Shown here: one piece after another, positions 11,574 to 32,907 of the stretch | Layout: each line of letters starts with the position of its first letter | How positions within the stretch are numbered: position 1 is the stretch's first letter | Origin: Macrostomum lignano | Lineage: Eukaryota | Direction of reading: 5' to 3' | Length of the DNA: 32,907 bases | NCBI GenBank assembly: GCA_002269645.1 | Contig: NIVC01004865.1 | Location: forward strand, 1 to 32,907 | Made by a program: the position numbers and the translations under genes | The notes under the pieces: model-generated | Told to the model about the DNA's origin: nothing | Seen by the model: only the letters and a program-made list of their open reading frames with translations | Database searches by the model: none

Positions 11574-12315
11574 TCAAGCGGAGTCGAGCTCGAGACCGAC
11601 GCCGCCGGCCTCCTCCAGCCGCCGGATCCAGTCCTCGCATTTGCGCCTCGACTGTCGCGTCCTGCGGCTCAGACTGCCCGCGTAGTGCCCGGCCGTCGCT
11701 GCCGTTGCCGCCGATTTCGCGGCAACGTTCTCTTGCTCCCGGCAGTGATGAAGCGGCTGTGGCGGCGGCTGCGGCGGCTGAGGCGGCTGAGGCGGCTCAG
11801 CTCCGAGTCCCAGCGAGCCGACGCACGGGCACGATCTGGACCGGCGGCACGGCCCAGCGTCGGCCTCTTCGACGACGTCATCGACATCGTCGTTGTTGTC
11901 GCTCCGTCGACCTCCGACATTGCCGACATCCTGCCTGACTGACGGCGCCTGGACGTCGAGACTGCCAGCAATGGAGCCGCCGCCGCTGATCAAGGAGGCT
12001 ACGCTGCCTCCTAGTGAGTGCTGCTGCTGCTGCTGACTGGGCAGCTCGAGCCTGTCTGCTGCCGGCTTGCCAGCAGCATCCTCGAGTTGGTCGCCACCTT
12101 CTTCTTCGGCGTCCTGCTGTTGCTGCAATAAAAGTCTGGGAAAGCTGACGCACTTGAAGATTCCACCGCCGCCGCTGCTGGCGCCGCTGGCAGCAGCTTG
12201 GTCCGGGTCTTTGTCCACCGTGTTCTCTACTCGGATTCGAATGCTAGCTGTTGCTGTTGTCGTTGCCTCTTGTTGCTGCTGCTGCTGCTGCTGCTGCTGC
12301 ATCTCCTGTTTTTGT
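11574..12315 (-). CDS. Terminal coding exon of an unidentified minus-strand gene; low-complexity poly-Q / PQ / Gly-Ala-Ser-rich disordered C-terminus
   Basis: 242-aa open frame in a GC-rich island with the same codon style as the confirmed exons. Candidate acceptors are AAAG (exon starting 12315) or ACAG (starting 12305). Stop is at 11576-11574. No recognisable domain. Confidence 0.6.
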
Positions 12316-12593
12316 CTTTGAGTGATGCAGATATAGAGGGAGAGTCATACAGAGAGGGAGAGAGAGGGGGGACTTAAGCGAGTTGTGCCAGCTATTTGGA
12401 AAATTGGACCGGGATAAAAGCGATAGGAAGACAGAGAGAGAGGGAGATGGGACAGAGATGGAGACGGCTTATCAAAGCGCTCCAGCCAGTCAGCTGAGCA
12501 CAGTTTAGCGCTGTGAGAAGGGATGAAATTCTGACTGGAAAAGAGAGCTGCAGTGTACGGGGAGACGGGATCGAGACTAGGGAGACTGGGAGG

Positions 12594-13575
12594 GTATGAG
12601 GTAGACTGATGAGTGTATGAGGTAGACTGATGAGTATATGACGTAGACTGATGGGGATATGAGGTAGACTTATGAGTATATGAGGTAGACTGATGGGGAT
12701 ATGAGGTAGATGATGAGTATATGAGGTGGACTGATGGGGATATGAGGTAGACTGATGAGTATATGAGGTAGACTGATGGGGATATGAGGTAGACTGATGA
12801 GTGTATGAGTATACTGACGAGTGTATGAGTAGACTGATGAGTGTATGAGTATACTGACGAGTGTATGAGTAGACTGATGAGTGTATGAGTAGACTGATGA
12901 GTATATGACGTAGACTGATGGGGATATGAGGTAGACTGATGAGTATATGAGGTAGACTGATGGGGATATGAGGTAAATGATGAGTATATGAGGTAGACTG
13001 ATGGGGATATGAGGTAGACTGATGAGTATATGAGGTAGACTGATGGGGATATGAGGTAGACTGATGAGTGTATGAGTATACTGACGAGTGTATGAGTAGA
13101 CTGATGAGTGTATGAGTATACTGACGAGTGTATGAGTAGACTGATGAGTGTATGAGTAGACTGATGAGTGTATGAGTAGGCTGATGAGTGTATGAGTAGA
13201 CTGATGAGTGGATGAGTAGACTGATGAGTGTATGAGTAGACTGATGAGTGTATGAGTAGACTGATGAGTGTATGAGTATACTGATGAGTGTATGAGTAGA
13301 CTGATGAGTGTATGAGTAGACTGATGAGTGTATGAGTAGACTGATGAGTGTATGAGTATACTGACGAGTGTATGAGTAGACTGATGAGTGTATGAGTAGA
13401 CTGATGAGTGTATGAGGTGGACTGATGAGTATATGAGGTGGACTGATGAGTATATGAGGTGGACTGATGAGTATATGAGGTGGACTGATGGGGATATGAG
13501 GTAGACTGATGAGTGTATGAGTAGACTGATGAGTGTATGAGTAGACTGATGAGTGTATGAGGTAGACTGATGGGG
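12594..13575. repeat. 20-21-bp minisatellite (TAGACTGATGAGTGTATGAG / GGTAGACTGATGGGGATATGA)
   Basis: About 48 tandem units in mixed subtypes. Confidence 0.95.
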
Positions 13576-14331
13576 ATGGGGCGGAATCTGAGATTTTGAG
13601 GAACATCCGTCTAATTAGAGGGAAAAGGAAGGCACAGGCTGGTGTAGATGAGACGAGAGAAGAAAGAATTCCAACGAGTGCGGTCTTCTATTAGAGCGTC
13701 TTTGCTGAGTAATTAAAGATTAATTTGTCAAGCTTTGAAGAGTTAATTAGTGCTTGGCCTCAGATGCGCGCATGCACGGAAGCGCTTTGACGATTTTCTG
13801 AGCAAGAATGAAAATATTTTGAAGCAATCGAGTGAGCAATAAAGTCGCTTCAACTTCAGCTCGAGGCTGTATACTTGAAAGTCGTGCAAATTTCGACAAA
13901 AACGGAAGTTTTCCGCATATTTCTGGGATTCCGAATTTAAACTGAAGACATCGTCTTAGAACGAGTCTAGCAATTAGAAAGTACATAAGGTGTGAAAAAC
14001 TTGATTCATTAGTTACGAGAGTTTTTTTAAAACACTTCAAAATTTCCATCTAGCTAATGCATTTTAAAGCGAAAAACCTGGCCGCAATGTCAGCTGTACG
14101 TGGTCTGCAAGTGTTATAGTTATATTTTACTACAGCATTCATGCTTAGATTAGAATGCTCCTACATATTCATGCACTGCTGGCTCAGCGGGGGGTCTTTG
14201 GGGAGTTAAATTCTGCAGCTAACTCGTGTACGACATGATATACAGATAACTGTGTTTCGCTGGGTTCATCAATTTTGCAATTTTCCATCAAGATACGCAT
14301 TGCCGAGGGGCTCGGCGGGACTTCTGAAAAA

Positions 14332-15021
14332 GCTACTAGTAGTGAATTCACACAGGCTACTAGTAGTGAATTCACACAGGCTACTAGTAGTGAATTCACA
14401 CAGGCTACTAGTAGTGAATTCACACAGGCTACTAGTAGTGACTTCACACAGGCTACTAGTAGTGAATTCACACAGGCTACTAGTTGTGACTTCACACAGG
14501 CTACTAGTTGTGACTTCACACAGGCTACTAGTTGTGACTTCACACAGGCTACTAGTTGTGACTTCACACAGGCTATCAGTTGTGACTTCACACAGGCTAC
14601 TAGTAGTGACTTCACACAGACTACCAGTAGTGACTTCACACAGGCTATCAGTTGTGACTTCACACAGGCTACTAGTTGTGACTTCACACAGGCTACTAGT
14701 TGTGACTTCACACAGGCTACTAGTTGTGACTTCACACAGGCTATCAGTTGTGACTTCACACAGGCTACTAGTAGTGACTTCACACAGACTACCAGTAGTG
14801 ACTTCACACAGGCTATCAGTAGTGACTTCACACAGGCTACCAGTAGTGACTTCACACAGGCTATCAGTAGTGACTTCACACAGGCTATCAGTAGTGACTT
14901 CACACAGGCTACCAGTAGTGACTTCACACAGGCTACTAGTAGTGACTTCACACAGGCTACTAGTAGTGACTTCACACAGGCTACCAGTAGTGACTTCACA
15001 CAGGCTACCAGTAGTGACTTC
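14332..15021. repeat. 24-bp minisatellite (GGCTACTAGTAGTGACTTCACACA)
   Basis: About 29 copies; contains the palindrome CTACTAGTAG. Confidence 0.96.
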
Positions 15022-15430
15022 TCAAGAAAATAAATAAAACATCTTTAAAAAAAAGAAACTTATGTAGGAAACAACTGTAAGAAGACAGTTTGTCTTTATA
15101 AGAAAGAATGAGATGAGACTTTAAAAACAATATTTTAGTGACATTGGACTTATGCGCTTTCAACGCAGCCATTTATGGTGCAAACTACACAAATTTTTGT
15201 TTACATTCACTTCCTGTTTAGTTGCTAAATTGGGAACTCCTACAGCTTGGCTTGGCAAACAGATTTGTTTAACCACTTCAATATCTGTCTTCTAGTTTTA
15301 CTGATAACAATTATTTATTGATGTTTAAGTTTTCCTTCCATAAAAAAGTTCGATAGCATAAAAAGCTCGAAAAAAGCTCTCCGCCCTGCTCATCGGTTGA
15401 AGATTTTGATGCCACTTTGGAGGAAACTTG

Positions 15431-15464
15431 ATGAAATCGGAAGAGCGGTCGGTGATAAAAGCAG
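15431..15464 (+). CDS. IL-17-like cytokine, exon 1 (MKSEERSVIKAG)
   Basis: ATG at 15431, then a strong donor CAG|GTGAGT at 15464/15465 in phase 1. It joins in frame with the acceptor at 16184/16185. Confidence 0.6.
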
Positions 15465-15519
15465 GTGAGTCACTGCAATGATACTTGGTGAGTGGATTTG
15501 GTGTTTTTTAAGCTCTAAC

Positions 15520-16040
15520 GTATTCACGACTCAAACAGGTGTATTCACGACTCAAACAGGTGTATTCACGACTCAAACAGGTTTATTAATGACTCAAACA
15601 GGTGTATTCACGACTCAAACAGGTTTATTAATGACTCAAACAGGTGTATTCACGACTCAAACAGGTTTATTAATGACTCAAACAGGTGTATTCACGACTC
15701 AAACAGAACAGGTGTATTCACGACTCAAACAGGTGTATTAATGACTCAAACAGAACAGGTGTATTCATGACTCAAAACAGGTGTATTCACGACTCAAACA
15801 GGTGTATTAATGACTCAAAACAGGTGTATTCACGACTCAAACAGGTGTATTAATGACTCAAAACAGGTGTATTCGCGACTCAAACAGGTGTATTAATGAC
15901 TCAAAACAGGTGTATCCATGACTCAAAACAGGTGTATTAATGACTCAAACAGGTGAGTTAATGACTAAAACGGGTGTATTAATGACTCAAACAGGTGAAT
16001 TAATGACTAAAACAGGTGTATTAATGACTCAAACAGGTAT
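15520..16040. repeat. 21-bp minisatellite (ACAGGTGTATTCACGACTCAA / ACAGGTGTATTAATGACTCAA) in the IL-17-like intron
   Basis: About 24 copies. Confidence 0.93.
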
Positions 16041-16184
16041 TTACTGTCTGTAACACTAATTAGGTCGGCCTCCCAGTCTAAAAATAGAGAGAAGCAGATT
16101 AATTAAGACCCCTGATTGCATTATCTATAATTAAACCCGCCAGCCTAAGCCTTATAACTACATGTAATTCCGACAAACTTTCAG

Positions 16185-16636
16185 GCAGCAGAGCGCTGCT
16201 CCGTCTTCAACTGCTGCTAATCATCTGCGGCAGGATAGCAACTGCTCACTCGGTCACCGAGGACTTGCGCGAGGTTTGCGTCGGGGCCGAACTGTTGGGA
16301 AAGTTTCCTGACCCAACACGGGAGCCGCTATTGAACACGAACCAATCCTACGAAGTCCACGACTCCATAATGGGGCAACCCGTCTGCTCATTTGAGCAGC
16401 AAGAAGACTACGATCCAAGGCGGATACCAACAAGGATTTTGCACGTGAAGTGCGCCAGTTCGGATGCGCTGTTGCCAGGCCGGTGCCTGACTCAAACTGT
16501 TCGAGTTCCGGTGCTGAACTCGGTGCATCGGACGGTTAGTTGGGTTGACGACTCGGATGCTAAGCTGCTGGTCTATAAAAAGGCCTACATTGATTGGGCC
16601 ATAGACTGCGCCTTTGTCAGCAACTCCAATTGCTGA
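16185..16636 (+). CDS. IL-17-like (cystine-knot) putative secreted cytokine, exon 2
   Basis: Acceptor TTTCAG at 16179-16184. Encodes a hydrophobic signal-like stretch ALLRLQLLLIICGRIATAHS, then C-SFEQQEDYDPRRIPTRILHVKC...C-LTQTVRVPVL...YKKAYIDWAIDCAFV. This follows the IL-17 family pattern C-x-(W/F)...D-P-x-R-x-P...C...C...PVL...(V/I)-x-C-x-C-V. The joined CDS is 486 nt (161 aa plus stop). Confidence 0.72.
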
Positions 16637-16972
16637 GAGAGGCAAACTACGGGTCTGCGATCTGGTTTGACCTTCAAATACACACCAGTTCAGTCTGCTA
16701 TTCGACATCTTTTGAAATGAAAAATAGCAATTCGCTGGACTTCATTTTTTCTGTTTTTTTCTAATACGGAAATATAAATATTGTAATAGAAATTAGAAAA
16801 TGTGGATTAGGGATAAGACATATAGTGTGAGATTAGATTAGAGATTACTCGTAGAGAACGCATGCGGGACTTAAGCAGTGAGTAGAGATAAAATTAGATA
16901 TGAGAGAGAGGCGAGAGATGAGAGAATGAGATTAGAGGGATGCCATTAGAATGAGGTTAGAGACCTCGCGGG

Positions 16973-17251
16973 ATTTTAGATTTGGTGTGTGAGAGTAGAG
17001 GTGAGAGTGAGATTTTAGATTTGGTGTGTGAGATTAGAGGTGAGAGTGGGATTTTAGATTTGGTGTGTGAGAGTAGAGGTGAGAGTGAGATTTTAGATTT
17101 GGTGTGTGAGATTAGAGGTGAGAGTGGGATTTCAGATTTGGTGTGTGAGATTAGAGGTGAGAGTGAGATTTTAGATTTGGTGTGTGATATTAGAGGTGAG
17201 AGTGAGATTTTAGATTTGGTGTGTGAGATTAGAGGTGAGAGTGAGATTTTA
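16973..17251. repeat. 39-bp minisatellite (TTTTAGATTTGGTGTGTGAGATTAGAGGTGAGAGTGAGA)
   Basis: 7 copies. Confidence 0.93.
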
Positions 17252-17803
17252 TGAGTATTGGTGTCAGATTAGTGCACAAGCATTAAAAAAGTTGTGCGCT
17301 TAATTTTATTTTGAAAAACAGAAAATCGTATTTTCCAAACATACTACTAGTAGTGGGAATAATCATATTTTATAAAACCGCCGCCCACTTCCCGTGAAGT
17401 GATATTACATCAAAGGCCGAGAGAATCAGACACGAATGTCCATGGAAATTTTTTCTTTATCCCAGAATTTTTCTAACGATTCTCTCCCGCCGTCACTGCC
17501 CACCTCTAATCTGCTATAATGACTGTTCAGCTGGAGCTTTGCTGCAGACTTGAATTCTCTTGACAGCCCGGATGCAGGATGAAGGTGCTTAGCGAACCTT
17601 TGCACCTCCGTCCTCTACTTGTGCAACATTTTTGTGGTTGGTGCAAGGCTGAATGCAATTATCCTCTGTTTGGTAATAAGGAGAGGGGCCTTACCTGTCT
17701 GCCTCAACCCCCACCCACTCCCGAGGTTCTTGTTCGGTGCGCTCGCGGAGTTCTTAATATATTTGCACCTGGAGTGCAGAATGGAGTGCCATGGCTTGCT
17801 TTG

Positions 17804-18930
<1,127 letters not shown>

Positions 18931-19554
18931 GCTTGAATCTCCATTCACCTTTAATTAACGATTCCCCTGTTTCCACTCCAGGATCGCTAATCTAGCACTC
19001 CATCACCAGCCCCTTTTCTATCCGAAGCCTCCCACCCACCGAGTCAGTTTTTCTCCCTGGCCCAGCCTCCCAACGCCATCCTTAGACTAAGCTAATGATG
19101 AGTCAGCAGCCGCCCACTCTGACATGGGGAATTTGCCCTGCTGATCCCCTGCCTCCGCCAGCAGGATGCGTTTCGCTTTCTGCGCATACAGTGCGGTGCG
19201 TGCGGCCAGTTATTGCCCTGATCCCGACAGGACCTGGCGAAACAGACTGGACCAGCTGTTCGGGGGCGTTCGGTGCCCAGCTGAGAGGAGAGAGAAAGGG
19301 CTGGCAGAAACTAGAAAGTGGAATAACGCATATCCTACCCTTCTGCTTCTTTGTGTGTAACCTGTGCAAATTTGTATCCTTCGCAGGCAACAATACCCTT
19401 GCTTCAAAGGCGCTGGCAGCCTGAGGCTTTTGGGGAAAATTCCAACAAGTCAGACAGACTCTGATTAGTGAGGAACCACTAGCATTAACTTGACCCAGGT
19501 TTTGCGCCAATTTGAATTTTCAAAGAAATTTCATTGCTGTTAAACAATTACTAA

Positions 19555-20104
19555 CCAGGAGCTTTAGCACCAGGGGCTTTAGCACCAGGGGCTTTAGCAC
19601 CAGGGGCTTTAGCACCAGGGGCTTTAGCACCAGGGGCGCCAGCACCAGGGGCGCCAGCACCAGGGGCGCCAGCACCAGGGGCGCCAGCACCAGGGGCGCC
19701 AGCACCAGGGGCGCCAGCACCAGGGGCGCCAGCACCAGGGGCGCCAGCACCAGGGGCGCCAGCACCAGGGGCGCCAGCACCAGGGGCGCCAGCACCAGGG
19801 GCGCCAGCACCAGGGGCGCCAGCACCAGGGGCGCCAGCACCAGGGGCGCCAGCACCAGGGGCGCCAGCACCAGGGGCGCCAGCACCAGGGGCGCCAGCAC
19901 CAGGGGCGCCAGCACCAGGGGCGCCAGCACCAGGGGCGCCAGCACCAGGGGCGCCAGCACCAGGGGCGCCAGCACCAGGGCGCCAGCACCAGGGGCGCCA
20001 GCACCAGGGGCGCCAGCACCAGGGGCGCCAGCACCAGGGGCGCCAGCACCAGGGGCGCCAGCACCAGGGGCGCCAGCACCAGGGGCGCCAGCACCAGGGG
20101 CGCC
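19555..20104. repeat. 15-bp GC-rich minisatellite (AGCACCAGGGGCGCC; the first ~5 units AGCACCAGGGGCTTT), ~36 copies
   Basis: Tandem units; one 1-bp loss near 19980. Confidence 0.98.
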
Positions 20105-20412
20105 AATCAATCCAGATGCTAATTTTTAAAAATCCATAAAGGAGTTTCCTACACCCCAAGCCTCTTCCTAAAGTTGTTCGTTCCCTTCAGTTTTGGCTCC
20201 CGAACTGCCACCCCAAAACCTGCAAACCAATGAGATTTAAGGCAGCCTGTCAAGCATGCTGTAATCTGCCCCCAGCCAGTTTGCAGCCTCTCACCACCAC
20301 AGAAAAAGCCAGGATGGGCGGCTCCTCCCCACTCTAATCATCCGTTCGAACTGCCGCATTTTGTTGCAAAAGAGAGAAATCAGCAACAGCTGAAACACCT
20401 GCGGCTGGTCGG

Positions 20413-31817
<11,405 letters not shown>

Positions 31818-31899
31818 GTGAGTTCTTGGAGGGACTTCGAGAGGTTTAATGCCAAGTACAGAGCGAGTAGCTGAGCTTTGAGGCTTGGAGACAGATGGA

Positions 31900-32907
31900 C
31901 TCACTGAGTTCATTAGGATTGACTCACTGAGTTCATTAGGATTGACTCACTGAGTTCATTAGGCTTGACTCACTGAGTTCATTAGGCTGACTCACTGAGT
32001 TCATTAGGCTTGACTCACTGAGTTCATTAGGATTGACTCACTGAGCTCATTAGGCTTGACTCACTGAGTTCATTAGGCTTGACTCACTGAGTTCATTAGG
32101 ATTGACTCACTGAGTTCATTAGGATTGACTTACTGAGTTTATTAAGATTGGCTTACTGAGTTCATTCAGGCTTGACTCACTGAGTTCATTAGGATTGACT
32201 TACTGAGTTAGATGTATTAGGATTGACTTACTGAGTTTATAAGATTGGCTTACTGAGTTCATCAGGCTTGACTCACTGAGTTCATTAGGCTTGACTCACT
32301 GAGTTCATTAGGATTGACTTTACTGAGTTAGATGTATTAGGATTGACTCACTGAGTACATTAGGATTGACTTACTGAGTTCATTAGGATTGACTCACTGA
32401 GTTTATTAGGATTGACTCACTGAGTTCATTAGGATTGACTTACTGAGTTAGATGTATTAGGATTGACTCACTGAGTACATTAGGATTGACTTATCTGAGT
32501 TCATTAGGATTGACTCACTGAGTACATTAGGATTGACTCACTGTGTTCATTAGGCTTGACTCACTGAGTTCATTAGGATTGACTCACTGAGTTCATTAGG
32601 ATTGACTCACTGAGTTTATTAGGATTGACTCACTGAGTTCATTAGGCTTGACTCACTGAGTTCATTAGGCTTGACTCACTGAGTTCATTAGGATTGACTC
32701 ACTGAGCTCATTAGGCTTGACTCACTGAGTTCATTAGGATTGACTCACTGAGTTCATTAGGATTGACTCACTGAGTTCATTAGGATTGACTTACTGAGTT
32801 TATTAAGATTGGCTTACTGAGTTCATCAGGCTTGACTCACTGAGTTCATTAGGATTGACTTACTGAGTTAGATGTATTAGGATTGACTTACTGAGTTAGA
32901 TGTATTA
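31900..32907. repeat. 23-24-bp minisatellite (TTGACTCACTGAGTTCATTAGGA/GGC) in hemicentin intron 13, running off the window
   Basis: More than 40 copies. Confidence 0.97.

Noticed and set aside
12594-13575. Repeated CTGATGAG resembling a hammerhead core or C/D-box motifs
   Set aside because: There is no GAAA partner or flanking stems and no terminal stem or guide layout; it is only part of a 20-bp repeat.
14275-15033. Mucin-like (QATSSDFT)n ORF
   Set aside because: No ATG or signal peptide and no convincing splice sites. The 24-bp unit is open on both strands, which is expected for a repeat whose length is a multiple of 3.
19555-20104. CTCF-like motif (CACCAGGGGCGC) array and collagen- or elastin-like GAPGA ORFs
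   Set aside because: The unit is one G short of the CTCF core CCACCAGGGGGCGC register. The ORFs are repeat translations without start or splice context.

Overview
Eukaryotic (animal) genomic DNA. GC-rich spliced exons with GT-AG introns sit among tandem repeats that fill roughly half of the window. This architecture resembles the flatworm Macrostomum, but that is an inference I cannot confirm. Genes on +: (1) the last exon of heparan-sulfate D-glucuronyl C5-epimerase (GLCE, 245-873), broken by many 1-bp indels; (2) a two-exon syntaxin-17 (4472-5891); (3) a two-exon, probably secreted IL-17-like cystine-knot cytokine (15431-16636) with an atypical C-terminal cysteine pattern; (4) the first 13 exons of a hemicentin (HMCN1/him-4; VWA plus 7 Ig domains, 20413-31817), which runs off the window. 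On -: a low-complexity Q/P-rich terminal exon (11574-~12315) and weaker candidate upstream exons, which would place the IL-17-like gene inside an intron. Two diverged copies of a tRNA-headed SINE-like element share a hairpin with a compensatory base change. More than 20 distinct mini/microsatellite arrays are present. One has a 12-unit higher-order repeat, three carry AP-1 (TGACTCA) cores, and several contain splice-donor-like motifs. Almost all long ORFs in the supplied track are repeat artefacts. There is no CRISPR array, rRNA or intact tRNA.
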